Assembly (NCBI GenBank): GCA_900551155.1
Contig: URVA01000001.1
Location: 7,598 to 71,597 of the forward strand
Origin: an uncultured Eggerthella sp.
GTDB taxonomy: Bacteria > Actinomycetota > Coriobacteriia > Coriobacteriales > Eggerthellaceae
Direction of reading: 5' to 3'
Length of the DNA: 64,000 nucleotides
The notes under the pieces were generated by a model that saw only the letters and a program-made list of their open reading frames with translations, was not told the DNA's origin and searched no databases. This document shows positions 10,134 to 22,793 of the stretch, in pieces. The position numbers and the translations under genes are program-made. Positions within the stretch are counted from its first letter, which is position 1; every line of letters begins with the position of its first letter.

Positions 10134-10707
10134 TCGTCATGTCATCAATGAAACGATTGCAGCTTATGCTAATGCTGCTATCGATGGCGCTAATGCCGCT
10201 GGCGGTAAGGAAGCGGTCGTTGAGATCCGCAACCAGATGCTGGAGATCCTTGGTTTCATGGCTTCAAACATTGACCTGCGCCTTGCATGCGATGATGAGG
10301 GTTATACCCCTGAAGAGCGTGAAGGCATTGTAAAGGCAGTGTTTGGTTCAGGTTCATACAACGATATTTTGATTTCGTTGCTTTGCGTTATGGCATCTCG
10401 TGGTGACATGGGTAAGCTTCGTGGCGTTTATCACAAGTATGAAGAACTCATTGAATCCAAGTTGAACTTCAACGTTGTTGACGTAACGACGGTTGTAGAG
10501 CTTGATGACAACTTGCGAACTGTAATTACTGAAAAGGCCGAATCCGACTTGGGTAGGGAATGCGTGCTGGTTGAGCACATTGACCCCTCCATTCAGGGCG
10601 GCATCATTATGAGCACGGGTGGTCGCTATGTGGACGCAAGCGTTCGCACTAGGTTTGATCGCGCCCGCATCGCTCTCAAAGAAAAGACAGATGGAGGTGA
10701 ATGCTAG
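10126..10707 (+). CDS. atpH: ATP synthase F1 subunit delta
   Basis: YAxA N-terminus, [10 protein letters not shown] and VDASVR motifs; position between b and alpha. Confidence 0.92.
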   Translation: MPNRHVINETIAAYANAAIDGANAAGGKEAVVEIRNQMLEILGFMASNIDLRLACDDEGYTPEEREGIVKAVFGSGSYNDILISLLCVMASRGDMGKLRGVYHKYEELIESKLNFNVVDVTTVVELDDNLRTVITEKAESDLGRECVLVEHIDPSIQGGIIMSTGGRYVDASVRTRFDRARIALKEKTDGGEC

Positions 10708-12266
10708 TGACTGAAATCACCGCACAGTCTATCGACGAAGCACTGCGCAAGCAGCTTGATGCCCTTAATACCAGCGTTGAATCTCGCGAAGTCGGTTCTG
10801 TTGTACAAATTGGCGACGGTATTGCTCGTATCGACGGCCTTAAGGGTGCTATGCAGGGCGAACTCTTGGAGTTCACCGGCGAAGGTGGCAAGATCGTTTA
10901 TGGTCTGGCTCAAAACCTTGAGGAAGACGAGGTTGGTGCCGTACTCCTGGGTGACATCACTGCAATCAAAGAAAATGACCAGTGCCGCACCACTGGCCGT
11001 ATCCTTGAAGTTCCTTCCGGTAAGGGTATGATCGGTCGTGTTGTTAACGCACTCGGCGAACCTATTGACGGCAAGGGCCCAATCGAGGCTGAAGGTTATC
11101 GTCCAATCGAATTCAAGGCTCCTGGCGTTCATGAGCGTCAGCCTGTTCATGAGCCAATGCAGACGGGTATTATCCCAATCGACGCAATGGTTCCAATTGG
11201 ACGTGGTCAGCGTGAACTTATCATTGGCGACCGCCAGACTGGTAAGACCTCTATTGCAATCGACACCATTCTGAACCAGAAGGGTCAGAACATGATCTGC
11301 GTGTACGTTGCAATTGGTCAGAAGGCTTCTACCGTATCTACCGTTGTAGAATCCCTCGAACGTCGCGGCGCTATGGACTACACCATTGTTGTTGCAGCTA
11401 CCGCATCTGATCCTGCTCCTATGCAGTATCTTGCTCCTATGGCTGGTGCAGCTATCGGTGAATACTTCATGTACACCGGCGAAGACGGAAAGCCTGCTGG
11501 CGCAGACAATCCTGGTCGCCACGTACTCTGCATCTATGACGACTTGTCCAAGCAGGCAGTTGCTTATCGACAGATGTCATTGACCCTTCGTCGCCCACCC
11601 GGACGCGAAGCATATCCTGGCGATATTTTCTATCTGCATTCACGCCTTCTGGAACGTGCAGTTAAGCTTTCCGATGAAAACGGTGCAGGTTCTCTGACCG
11701 CACTTCCTATCATCGAAACTCAGGCTGGCGACGTAGGTGCTTACATTCCTACGAACGTAATTTCTATTACTGACGGCCAGATTTACCTGAAGACCAATCT
11801 GTTCTTCCAGGGTCAGCGTCCTGCAGTTGACGTAGGTTTGTCCGTATCCCGCGTAGGTGGCGACGCTCAGGTTAAGTCCATGAAGTCGGTAGCAGGTACT
11901 CTGCGTCTTGACTTGGCAGCTTATCGTGAGTTGGAAGCATTTACTCAGTTCGGTTCCGACCTTGATAAGGCAACTCAGCAGCAGCTCACTCGTGGTGCAG
12001 CTATGACTGAACTGCTGAAGCAGCCACGCTACACTCCATTGCCAGTAGAAGAGCAGGCAATTGCTATCTATGCTGGTAATCAGGGTTACTTGGATGATAT
12101 CCCGGTTGAGAGCATCGTACGTTTCCGTGGCGAATTGCTTGACTACTTGCGTATCAACCATGGTGGTACGATTGCTAAGTTGAGGGAAGGCAAGAAGTTT
12201 ACCGACGAGATCGAAAACGAGCTGAATGCACAGATTGAAGCATTCAAGGCTCAGTTCATCGCGTAA
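10701..12266 (+). CDS. atpA: ATP synthase F1 subunit alpha
   Basis: GDRQTGKT Walker [13 protein letters not shown]. Confidence 0.98.
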   Translation: MLVTEITAQSIDEALRKQLDALNTSVESREVGSVVQIGDGIARIDGLKGAMQGELLEFTGEGGKIVYGLAQNLEEDEVGAVLLGDITAIKENDQCRTTGRILEVPSGKGMIGRVVNALGEPIDGKGPIEAEGYRPIEFKAPGVHERQPVHEPMQTGIIPIDAMVPIGRGQRELIIGDRQTGKTSIAIDTILNQKGQNMICVYVAIGQKASTVSTVVESLERRGAMDYTIVVAATASDPAPMQYLAPMAGAAIGEYFMYTGEDGKPAGADNPGRHVLCIYDDLSKQAVAYRQMSLTLRRPPGREAYPGDIFYLHSRLLERAVKLSDENGAGSLTALPIIETQAGDVGAYIPTNVISITDGQIYLKTNLFFQGQRPAVDVGLSVSRVGGDAQVKSMKSVAGTLRLDLAAYRELEAFTQFGSDLDKATQQQLTRGAAMTELLKQPRYTPLPVEEQAIAIYAGNQGYLDDIPVESIVRFRGELLDYLRINHGGTIAKLREGKKFTDEIENELNAQIEAFKAQFIA

Positions 12267-12278
12267 GGTGGTCTGATT

Positions 12279-13196
12279 ATGCCTAACCTTCACGATATCG
12301 AAAGACGAATTAAATCCGTCGAATCGACGAAGCAAGTTACGCATACCATGCAGATGGTAGCTGCTGCAAAGATTCGCCACGCTACTGAGCGTTGCGATGC
12401 AGCAACTCCATTTGCTAATGCAATGCGCGAGTTGCTCGGCAACATTGGTCGTATGGGCAGCTGTAATGCTGAACTGACCAAAGAACACGACGAAGTGAAA
12501 ACTACGCTTATCGTAGCTATTGTTTCTGACCGTGGTCTTGCTGGTGGCTTTAACTCAAACATTTTGCGTCGTGCTGAAAAGATCATGAAGGATCGTAAGG
12601 CAGAAGGTAAAAACGTTGTCATAATTGCTTGCGGCAAGAAAGCTATTGCGTACTTCAAGTATCGCGAACATGAACCGGTGCTTGCATTCCGCGATCTTTC
12701 CGCCGATCCGCGTGTTGAAGAAGCTGAAACCATGACCGACTATTGCGTTGAAAACTACCTCAACGGCAATATCGACGAGGTTGTCACGATTTACAACCAC
12801 GCGAAGAACGCAGCTGAGCAGGTTCCTACGATTCATCGTATTTTGCCTGTTGACTTGAAGTCGTTTGTCCCTGAGGGTGAGCGCTTTAAGTTTGGTGGCA
12901 TCATGGAACCTGACGCAGATTTGGAAGACTTGCCTGGTTCTATTGAATATGAACCTGGTGAAGAAGAAGTTCTGAACCAGTTGCTTCCTGAGTACTTGAG
13001 TGGATATTTCTACTATGTACTTATCGAATCGGCTGCCGCAGAGCAGGCTGCTCGTCGTAACGCAATGAAAAACGCGACGGATAATGCCGATGAAATGATT
13101 GAAACACTCAATCGAGTTTATAACCGTGTACGTCAAGGTGCCATTACAACCGAAATCAACGAAATCGTTGGTGGCGCCGCAGCTTTGGAGGACTAA
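12279..13196 (+). CDS. atpG: ATP synthase F1 subunit gamma
   Basis: SDRGLAGGFN, AMKNATDNA, RQGAITTEINEI. Confidence 0.97.
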   Translation: MPNLHDIERRIKSVESTKQVTHTMQMVAAAKIRHATERCDAATPFANAMRELLGNIGRMGSCNAELTKEHDEVKTTLIVAIVSDRGLAGGFNSNILRRAEKIMKDRKAEGKNVVIIACGKKAIAYFKYREHEPVLAFRDLSADPRVEEAETMTDYCVENYLNGNIDEVVTIYNHAKNAAEQVPTIHRILPVDLKSFVPEGERFKFGGIMEPDADLEDLPGSIEYEPGEEEVLNQLLPEYLSGYFYYVLIESAAAEQAARRNAMKNATDNADEMIETLNRVYNRVRQGAITTEINEIVGGAAALED

Positions 13197-14648
<1,452 letters not shown>

Positions 14649-14651
14649 ATT

Positions 14652-15080
14652 ATGTCCACTATCAAATGTGATGTCGTAGCCAAGAATAAGGTTCTGTTTT
14701 CCGGTGAGCTTCATTCTGTAATGGTTCCCGGAAGCGAAGGCGAGCTTGGTATCATGGCTAACCATGAGCCCTTTGTTACCGCTCTTCATGATGGCGTTAT
14801 TTGGGCACGCACTAAGCCCGAAGGCGGCACCACGTTGAGTGCGGCTATTATGGGCGGCTATGTCCAGTGCTTGGGAGAACGCGTAATTGTACTTTGTGAT
14901 AAAACGCGTGAGATCAAGCGTATCAACGAGGATAAGGTTCGCAAGGATATTACATCGCTTGAAGAGCGTATCGCTAACCTTCGCGAGGATCAGATTATCT
15001 CTCGTTCCGTTCTTACTCGAAAGCTTCGCTGGTGCAAAGTGCAACTTGCTGCCAAGGAAAAGGAAAGCCAGTACGTCTAG
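14652..15080 (+). CDS. atpC: ATP synthase F1 subunit epsilon (operon copy)
   Basis: PGSEGELGIMANHEP, MGGY; last gene of the operon. Confidence 0.93.
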   Translation: MSTIKCDVVAKNKVLFSGELHSVMVPGSEGELGIMANHEPFVTALHDGVIWARTKPEGGTTLSAAIMGGYVQCLGERVIVLCDKTREIKRINEDKVRKDITSLEERIANLREDQIISRSVLTRKLRWCKVQLAAKEKESQYV

Positions 15081-15134
15081 GTTTCTTCCACGATTCCTCC
15101 GGACGAAATTAGGTTTTCGACGGTACCAGCATTC

Positions 15135-15173
15135 AAACAACCCCTTCCTTTTTGGAGGGGGTTGTTTTGTTTT
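15135..15173 (+). terminator. Intrinsic terminator of the atp operon
   Basis: AAACAACCCCTTCC/GGAGGGGGTTGTTT stem followed by TGTTTT. Confidence 0.88.
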
Positions 15174-15522
15174 CTTAGAAGGCGCTTATGCTAAGCTCGT
15201 GGCAAGTCATTGAACGAAATCAGACGATTTGTTTGATTAATTACTCAAGATGTGACTATTTGACGCATTTATACGTTTTACAAAAAATAACTAGCATAGG
15301 TATCTGTTTCTTTGATAGCATTCCTCAACGTTAAAGCAAAAGATGCAGAGAAATTTGGGGTATGCTTTTTGGTGTCGAATACCTATAAGGGAAGGTGCTT
15401 GGTGCTACATATTCTGAGTGCTTGCTTGTCTATGAGTAGGTATTCAGAAGTAGTTTCGTGGCGCCGAAAGCAGGAGGAGGCATTTCTCGAGCCTACTTTG
15501 GTAGGGTTCGGAGGAGAATGTT

Positions 15523-15987
15523 ATGTCGATACTACATTGTGATGTGGTTGCAAAAGACAGAATGCTGTTTTCGGGGGAGCTGTATTCTATTACCGTGCCA
15601 GGTGAGCAGGGGTATATGGGTGTGCTCGAAAATCATGCTCCCGCACTTATCGCTCTTAAAGATGGTGTTATTTGGGGTAGAGAAACATCGGAATCTGGTC
15701 CCGTGATTGCGGCGGCAAATATGGGCGGCTACCTGCAGGTAATGGGAAGCTGCGTTATTGTTCTGTGCGATAAAACGCGTCAAATTCAAGACATTAATCT
15801 TGATCTGCTAGAGAGTGCGATTCCTGAATTGGAAGCGCGTTTGGAATCACTCAGTCACGAACAGTTCATTGCAAATTCTGTGCTTCGTCGCAAACTCCGC
15901 TGGTTAAAAGTTCAGTACAACGCAAAGCAAAAAGCACTACAGGGTAAGCTTCCTTTTGAATATAAAGAACATGACGAAGAAAAATAG
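15523..15987 (+). CDS. atpC: Second ATP synthase epsilon subunit paralogue
   Basis: Colinear similarity to 14652-15080 (CDVVAK, LFSGEL, DGVIW, MGGY, VIVLCDKTR, RKLRW); GGAGGAG RBS. Confidence 0.88.
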   Translation: MSILHCDVVAKDRMLFSGELYSITVPGEQGYMGVLENHAPALIALKDGVIWGRETSESGPVIAAANMGGYLQVMGSCVIVLCDKTRQIQDINLDLLESAIPELEARLESLSHEQFIANSVLRRKLRWLKVQYNAKQKALQGKLPFEYKEHDEEK

Positions 15988-16065
15988 CTAGCCGAACGGC
16001 AATTCAGCTAGCTATGGATAAGAGTTTTCTTGCACCAGTTTCTTTGAGCTGGTTTGTTGCCTGCA

Positions 16066-18015
16066 TTACAAGGTACAGGCGACCTTAAACGCTTCAGCGG
16101 TAGCATTAAGAGCGCGACGAGCTTCACAAGCATCTCCTACAACGTATGTTTCGATACCTTGCGCTTTAAGTTCTTCGGATAGAGGATCGTGTTTGGTGTA
16201 ACCAAGCGCTAGAACGACCGAATCGAAGCCTCGCATTGCTTGGGGCATGATAGCGTTTTCTTCATCTGCAGGTAAATATTCAATACCATCGGCAAAGAAC
16301 TTTGTAACTTTTGCATTGGTAATTTGTTCAACCTGATATTCAGCAAAATCCTTTAGGATTTCTTTGCGATGTTCAGCAATCATATCGGCACCAAGGGTAT
16401 CTCGATATTCAACGACACTTACCTTATGACCAAGCTCAGCTAAGAAGTCTGCCGTTTCGCAGCCAACCATGCCACCACCAACAACCAAAACATGCAATCC
16501 AACAGACGTTTTACCTGCAAGAATATCGCTCGCTAAAAGAAGGTTAGGGTTGTTAATTCCTTCGATAGGTAAAATTAGTGGTTGAGCGCCTGTAGCTACT
16601 ATAACGGCATCTGCCTGGTTCGATTTCTTCATAAGATTGATGTCTTCGGCAGCTATTTCAGTGTTGAGATGAATTTCTACGCCTGCTTTTTCGCAGCGAA
16701 CAATATAAGAGCGAATCATATTAACAATATCGCCCTTACCTGGAGGGTAAGAAGCAAGTAGCATATTTCCGCCAAGAGTGCTGCTAGCTTCGTAAAGATC
16801 TACCTGGTGTCCTCGTTCTGCAGCGGTGTATGCAGCAACAAGACCAGCGGGACCACCACCAATAACAACGACGTGGCGGGGGTTTGCGGTTGGGGTAACA
16901 GGCTGCGACTCAAAACCAAGGCAAGGATTTACCAGGCAGCGAAGTGGCTTTCCTTGATACATGTTTGCAACGCAACCCTGTAGGCAGGCGATACAAGGAA
17001 CAATATCTTCGCTGTGTTGTTCAAGAATTTTATTAGGAAGCGCAGGGTCGGCTAATGACTGACGACCAAAAGCAACTAGGTCTGCTCGCCCTTCTGCTAC
17101 TAATAATTCCGCATAGTAGGGGTCGGTAAAGCGACCGACCGTAATGATGGGGATAGAGATAGCTTTTTTAACTTCGGTTACCAAATCGGCATTAAAGCCA
17201 CCATGTACTGCAGTGGGAGCCCACATGAATTCGTCTTTTAAGTGAACTGCACGCGACAGATGAATACCCTGCACGCCGTATTCTTGCAAGGCGCGAGCAA
17301 TGGCAGCAGTATCGTGAACATCTAAACCGCCAGGCATTTCGTCGGAGGCGTTTAAGCGGGCAAGTATGGCAAGTTTGCCCTCGGTGGCTTTTTGAATTTC
17401 TTCGATGATCAACTTTGGAAAGCGAAGACGGTTTTCGAATGATCCGCCAAATTCATCCACGCGTTTATTCGTGCGGGGAGAGAGGAAACTGCTGACTAAA
17501 TAACCATGGGCCATGTGGATTTCAACCGCATCAACGCCTGCTTGCATGGCGCGACGAGCTGCTTGTCCGTATCCTTTTGCTAATTCGTATATCTGCGCAG
17601 TAGGAACTTCTTGCGGAATGTCGCGACCGCATGCGGCGGGAATAGGGGATGCCGCCAAAAGAGGAGCGCCTGCGCACTTTGCATTGCCTTCAGGACCAGC
17701 GTTTTGTAACTGAACTGATACTTTTGCGCCGTATTTGTGACACGCTTGCGCGATGCGCGAAAGGCTAGGAATAGAAGAATCGTTAAACAAACAAGGCTTT
17801 CGCGGACCGCCTTTAGCTCCTTCGTGGACAACCGTTGCTTCTATAGTGATAAGGCCAAAGCCGCCTTGTGCGCGTGCATGATAATACGCAAGTGACTGAT
17901 CGGACCAGGTGTCATCAGTATTGGCGAAGTTGTTTCCCATAGGCGGAACGACAAAACGATTTTTAACCTCCATGGGGCCAATATTGAGAGGGGTAAATAA
18001 ATGCTTGCATTCCAT
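16066..18015 (-). CDS. NADH:flavin oxidoreductase, Old Yellow Enzyme family Fe-S flavoenzyme (2,4-dienoyl-CoA reductase/BaiCD-like architecture)
   Basis: KNRFVVPPM, EIHMAHGYL, NKRVDEFGGSFENR, CxxCxxxC-x11-C cluster motif, two GxGxxG motifs. Confidence 0.92.
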   Translation of the reverse strand: MECKHLFTPLNIGPMEVKNRFVVPPMGNNFANTDDTWSDQSLAYYHARAQGGFGLITIEATVVHEGAKGGPRKPCLFNDSSIPSLSRIAQACHKYGAKVSVQLQNAGPEGNAKCAGAPLLAASPIPAACGRDIPQEVPTAQIYELAKGYGQAARRAMQAGVDAVEIHMAHGYLVSSFLSPRTNKRVDEFGGSFENRLRFPKLIIEEIQKATEGKLAILARLNASDEMPGGLDVHDTAAIARALQEYGVQGIHLSRAVHLKDEFMWAPTAVHGGFNADLVTEVKKAISIPIITVGRFTDPYYAELLVAEGRADLVAFGRQSLADPALPNKILEQHSEDIVPCIACLQGCVANMYQGKPLRCLVNPCLGFESQPVTPTANPRHVVVIGGGPAGLVAAYTAAERGHQVDLYEASSTLGGNMLLASYPPGKGDIVNMIRSYIVRCEKAGVEIHLNTEIAAEDINLMKKSNQADAVIVATGAQPLILPIEGINNPNLLLASDILAGKTSVGLHVLVVGGGMVGCETADFLAELGHKVSVVEYRDTLGADMIAEHRKEILKDFAEYQVEQITNAKVTKFFADGIEYLPADEENAIMPQAMRGFDSVVLALGYTKHDPLSEELKAQGIETYVVGDACEARRALNATAEAFKVACTL

Positions 18016-18394
18016 GGAAACTCCTAATGATCGGTGAAGTGGTTTTATCCAATAACGATAAGGTGGCTACTAAGAATAATTATCTTAAGTATTTGGATTC
18101 AGACAATGTTGAAAACCAATATTTAAGACCTTTAGACAAGGTTTCAAGTTGGAAAAAGCCGTAAACAAATATAGTTGAAAGAAGTTTCAATAGAGAAAAC
18201 TTGTAAACAAAATCTGTTAACAAAACTTCTCATTTAATCCATTATCTGTTCGATAGTGTAATTAGGTAATGCTGTTAAGATGAAAACCCTAAGACTGGTC
18301 GACCTATGTATCGAGACATAGTGGTAAAACGACAGAGAGTTGTAAGTAGGCAATTACTAAGAAGACGGAGAGCATATTAAGGGCGTGAGCATAT

Positions 18395-21300
18395 ATGGCA
18401 TTTGTACATCTTCATAATCATACAGAATACTCCCTGCTTGATGGCGCTACTCATATTTATGACATGGTAAAACGTGCAGCTGATCTAGGTATGCCAGCTG
18501 TTGCAATTACCGACCATGGCGTAATGAGCGGCGTACCAGAATTGGCAGATGCGTGTGAAAAGGTAAAGAAAGAAACGGGCATCTGGGTTAAGCCAATTTT
18601 TGGTTGCGAGATTTATTTCACCACCGACAGCGAACTGAAGAAGCAAAAGCAGCGTTTACATCACATGATTCTGCTTGCTAAAAACAATACGGGCTATCAC
18701 AATCTGCTCAAGCTGGTAAGCGAATCGCATGTTGATAATTTCTACTATCGTCCGCGCACTACCTTTGAAATGCTAAAAAAGTATTCTGAAGGCATTATTG
18801 CAACAAGTGCGTGTATTGCAGGCATTATCCCTCGTTGCATTGATGACGGCGATTTTGCTGAAGCGGTTGAATGGGCAAAACGCTTTGCGGCGCTGTATGA
18901 ACCAGGCGATTTTTATATCGAGCTGCAGGACCAAGGAATCACCACTAATGGTGGTATGACTCAGCTGGAGATGAATCGCAAGTTAACTGAAATTGCAAAC
19001 CAGCTTGGCTTGCAAACTATCGCAACGAATGACTTCCATTATTTAACGCAAGAAGATGCTGTTGCGCAGGATATTATGCTGTGCATTGGTACGAACTCTA
19101 CCGTTACCCAGGAAAAGCGCTTTAAGTTCCCGAACGATCAGTTCTACATGAAGACTGAAGAGGAAATGCGCACTGCTCTTAAAGATTTTCCTGAAGCATG
19201 TGATAACACAGTGGCTTTGGCGGAAAAATGTAATGTGGAGCTCGAACGTGATGCAATTTTGCCTCGCTTCCCCTTGCCTGAAGGAGAAACGGAAGAATCT
19301 TACTTCCGCAAGCGTGTACAGGAAGGCTTGGTTCGTCGTTATGGCGATCCTGTTCCTGCCGAGGTGCAGGAACGCGCCGATTACGAAATGAGCGTTATTA
19401 TCCAGCAAGGCTTCCCTGCATACTTCCTTATCGTTCAGGAATATATCGAATGGGCGCGTAGCCAAGGTATCGGCGTAGGCCCTGGTCGTGGTTCTGCGGC
19501 TGGTGCAATCGTTGCTTATGCCATGGGTATTACTGACTTAGATCCGCTTTCAAATGGCTTGCTCTTCGAACGTTTCTTGTCTCCTGAACGTGTAGAGATG
19601 CCTGATATCGACGTTGACTTCGAAGATGAACGTCGTCAGGAAGTAATTGAACACATTAAAGACGTGTATGGCGAAGACCATGTATCGGGCGTAATTACCT
19701 TCGGCAAATTGCAGGCAAAAAATGCTGTGCGTGACGCTGCCCGCGTATTGGACTATCCGTATGCGGTAGGCGATAAGGTTGCCAAGCTTATCGGTAACGA
19801 ATTGGGCATTACCATTGATGATGCAATGGCGAAAAACCCTGATTTAAAGCAGGCATACGATACTGAAGAAGACGTACGTCGCGTAATTGACGCGGCGCGA
19901 TCCATTGAAGGTCATGTACGTGGCGAAGGCGTTCATGCTTGTGCAACGATTATTTGCCGTGACCCTATGAGCGATCACGTACCCATGAAGCGCGATACCA
20001 AGGGCGGCGGCATCATTACCCAATACGATGGTCACTATACGCCTGACTTGGGTCTGCTGAAGATGGACTTCTTGGGTCTGCGTACCTTAGGCGTACTTTC
20101 TCGTGCATGCCGCAATATTAAAAATCGTTTTGGCGTGGAAATAATTCCTGAGGAAATTCCAACAGACGATGAAAAAGCATTCGAGCTAATGCGTAGTGGC
20201 AACATGGACGGCCTTTTCCAGGTAGAAAGTGCCCTGTATGTAAGTTTGTTTAGCCGTCTACCACCTCATAGGTTCTCTGACGTTGTAGCTTCTATTGCAC
20301 TTAACCGTCCAGGTCCTTTGGAGTCTGGCATGGTTGACGACTACGTATTGGTAGCAAGTGGCAAAACGCCTGTTCATTACTACGATGATCGTCTTCGTCC
20401 TATTCTGGAAGAAACCTATGGCACCATGGTCTATCAGGAACAGATCATGCAGATATCTATGGTTATGAGTGGCTTTTCTGCTGGTAAGGCAGACAAGTTG
20501 CGTAAAGCTATGGGTAAAAAGAAGATTGACGTTATGCGTCAGCTTCAGGAAGACTGGAATACAGGCGCCGTAGAAAATGGCTTTAGCTTAGAAATTGCTA
20601 AAAAGATTTGGGAAGATGCGGAAAAGTTCGCTAAGTACGCCTTTAACAAATCGCACTCGGCAGCATATGCAATTTTGGTTATGCGCACGGCTTATTTGAA
20701 GGCGCATTATCCTAACGACTATATGGCGGCAGTGTTGTCGTCGTATATGGGCAACTCAGATCGCCTGATTAAATATATTGCAAGTTGTAACCGCACGGGT
20801 ATTCCCGTTTTGTCTCCTGACGTAAATTCTTCAAACCTTGAATTTACGCCTTTAGATGATGGTATTCGCTTTGGTTTGGCGGGCATTCGCGGTGTGGGCG
20901 AAAAGGTTGCTCAGGTAATCATTGACGAACGTGAAGCGAATGGTCCGTATACGTCTTTGCATGATTTTGTAAATCGTGTTGATTCGTCTGCGTACAATCG
21001 CAAAACGCTTGAAGCACTTATTAAATCTGGTGGTTTTGACTCAACGGGATACACTCGTAAACAGTTGATGTATTTTGTGGACGAAACGCCCCTTCTTGAA
21101 AGCGCAACGAAGCGACAGAAAGACAAAGATGCTGGTCAGATGGATATGTTCAGCATGTTTGCTGATGTGGATGATTCGTTTAAGGAAGATATTCCAGAGC
21201 CCGATGGTATTGAATGGGATAGGCGCACTAAACTTGCCTTCGAAAAAGACATCTTAAAGATGTATGTATCCGACCATCCGCTTCGTCCATACGAGAACTA

Positions 21301-21856
21301 TTTGTCGCGCACCATGAAATACACCTTGGGTGATTTGATGGATCGTGAAGAAGGCATTAAGTCGGCTACCTTTGCGGGCATGGTTTCAGAAACCAACATT
21401 CGTCGTACAAAGCGTGGCACCTTGATGGCAAGCTTTACCTTGGAGGACACAACAGGTCATATTGAATGTGTTTGCTTTGATTACGAGAAGAATCAAGCAG
21501 CTATTCAGGAAGATGCCATTATTACCTGTAAGGGCAAGTTTGAGGTAAACGATCGTGGTAGTCAGCTTTTGGTGTACGAAGCAAAGCCTCTCGAGCTTTC
21601 GGAAGCAGATATGAATGTTGCACCGATGCAGTTGGAATTAACTCTTGCTACGCGTGAGTTGAATTCGGTGGCGTCGGATAAGTTGATGCGTATCTTAAAG
21701 GCTCACCCAGGCAAAGATCCTGTCATTTTGTATATCAATGAAGAAAATGGCAAACGCATGAGAGCAGAATTACCGCTGACCATTGATTCAAACAGTGCGC
21801 ACTTAAAGGCACACTTAGCTGATTTGTTTGGCCGTCCCGTTTGGAAGGCTTCTTAG
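18395..21856 (+). CDS. dnaE: DNA polymerase III subunit alpha
   Basis: HLHNHTEYSLLDG PHP domain, GPGRGSAAG, PDIDVDF, KMDFLGL, FNKSHS, C-terminal OB fold. Confidence 0.98.
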   Translation: MAFVHLHNHTEYSLLDGATHIYDMVKRAADLGMPAVAITDHGVMSGVPELADACEKVKKETGIWVKPIFGCEIYFTTDSELKKQKQRLHHMILLAKNNTGYHNLLKLVSESHVDNFYYRPRTTFEMLKKYSEGIIATSACIAGIIPRCIDDGDFAEAVEWAKRFAALYEPGDFYIELQDQGITTNGGMTQLEMNRKLTEIANQLGLQTIATNDFHYLTQEDAVAQDIMLCIGTNSTVTQEKRFKFPNDQFYMKTEEEMRTALKDFPEACDNTVALAEKCNVELERDAILPRFPLPEGETEESYFRKRVQEGLVRRYGDPVPAEVQERADYEMSVIIQQGFPAYFLIVQEYIEWARSQGIGVGPGRGSAAGAIVAYAMGITDLDPLSNGLLFERFLSPERVEMPDIDVDFEDERRQEVIEHIKDVYGEDHVSGVITFGKLQAKNAVRDAARVLDYPYAVGDKVAKLIGNELGITIDDAMAKNPDLKQAYDTEEDVRRVIDAARSIEGHVRGEGVHACATIICRDPMSDHVPMKRDTKGGGIITQYDGHYTPDLGLLKMDFLGLRTLGVLSRACRNIKNRFGVEIIPEEIPTDDEKAFELMRSGNMDGLFQVESALYVSLFSRLPPHRFSDVVASIALNRPGPLESGMVDDYVLVASGKTPVHYYDDRLRPILEETYGTMVYQEQIMQISMVMSGFSAGKADKLRKAMGKKKIDVMRQLQEDWNTGAVENGFSLEIAKKIWEDAEKFAKYAFNKSHSAAYAILVMRTAYLKAHYPNDYMAAVLSSYMGNSDRLIKYIASCNRTGIPVLSPDVNSSNLEFTPLDDGIRFGLAGIRGVGEKVAQVIIDEREANGPYTSLHDFVNRVDSSAYNRKTLEALIKSGGFDSTGYTRKQLMYFVDETPLLESATKRQKDKDAGQMDMFSMFADVDDSFKEDIPEPDGIEWDRRTKLAFEKDILKMYVSDHPLRPYENYLSRTMKYTLGDLMDREEGIKSATFAGMVSETNIRRTKRGTLMASFTLEDTTGHIECVCFDYEKNQAAIQEDAIITCKGKFEVNDRGSQLLVYEAKPLELSEADMNVAPMQLELTLATRELNSVASDKLMRILKAHPGKDPVILYINEENGKRMRAELPLTIDSNSAHLKAHLADLFGRPVWKAS

Positions 21857-21857
21857 C

Positions 21858-22703
21858 ATGGTGGTGTTGGCGCTTGAAGTCGCGTACAATGGTGCGCCGT
21901 TTTCAGGATTCGCGCGCCAGCCTAGTCAGTTGACGGTGCAGGGCAGTATCGAAGAAGCTCTTGCCTTGATTTTTCGCCGTCCTATTGAAACGGTGTGTGC
22001 GGGTCGTACCGATTCGGGCGTTCATGCTAAGGGTCAGGTTGTGAGTTTTGAAGTTGAAGAAGCAGAATACGAGCAACGCAGCGATTATAAATTGCTGCGC
22101 TCTCTTAACGCCCTTACCCATGAAGATATTTCTATTCGGACTATAGAGCGCAAGCCGCAAGATTTTTCTGCGCGCTTTTCTGCTACTATGCGTGAATATC
22201 GCTATTTCATTTGCACGGATAAAGCAGCGCCTTTGCTTATGAAGAACTTCTGCTGGCACATTCCAAAAGAGCTAGATCTTGAAGCTATGCGTCAAGCAGC
22301 TGCCTACTTAATTGGCGAACACGATTTTAAGAGCTTTTGTATGGCGGTTTCTGCTGAAGGCAAATCTACCATGCGTAACGTGTTTAGCATTTCTGTTGAA
22401 CCTCAGGAGCTTTGGGGTGAACAACTTGTTGTCATTACCGTGAAGGGCAACGCATTTTTGCATTCAATGGTGCGCACTATTGTGGGCACACTTGTTGCGG
22501 TAGGGCGTGGGCAACGTAAACCCGAATGGGTTGCCGAGGTGCTTGAAGCGCGGAATCGAAGTGCTGCAGGAGAAAACGCTCCTGCCCAAGGATTGGTGTT
22601 TTGGCGAGTAAGCTACGAAGGTACACGCGTGCATAATCCGTTGCCCCGTTGGAGCGATACTCTTTCGGATTCAATGTTAAACATTTGTAATAGTTTGCTA
22701 TAG
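21858..22703 (+). CDS. truA: tRNA pseudouridine(38-40) synthase
   Basis: AGRTDSGVHA, FSARF, FLHSMVR motifs. Confidence 0.95.
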   Translation: MVVLALEVAYNGAPFSGFARQPSQLTVQGSIEEALALIFRRPIETVCAGRTDSGVHAKGQVVSFEVEEAEYEQRSDYKLLRSLNALTHEDISIRTIERKPQDFSARFSATMREYRYFICTDKAAPLLMKNFCWHIPKELDLEAMRQAAAYLIGEHDFKSFCMAVSAEGKSTMRNVFSISVEPQELWGEQLVVITVKGNAFLHSMVRTIVGTLVAVGRGQRKPEWVAEVLEARNRSAAGENAPAQGLVFWRVSYEGTRVHNPLPRWSDTLSDSMLNICNSLL

Positions 22704-22793
22704 TATGGCTTTGTTTAACTTGCCTGAGGCATAGGAATGACTTTTTTCTTATGTATTCAGGCGGTGAAGGCGTATACGAAGAAAGAAGAACTA

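Noticed and set aside
15312..15542. 76-aa ORF upstream of the second epsilon gene
   Set aside because: TTG start, no clear RBS or motif, overlaps the epsilon start; likely spurious
16066..18015. Bilirubin reductase BilR or a specific bai gene
   Set aside because: No HGDR motif and no bai operon context; substrate cannot be assigned by eye
18395..21856. Intein in DnaE
   Set aside because: Normal length, continuous motifs, no intein splice signatures
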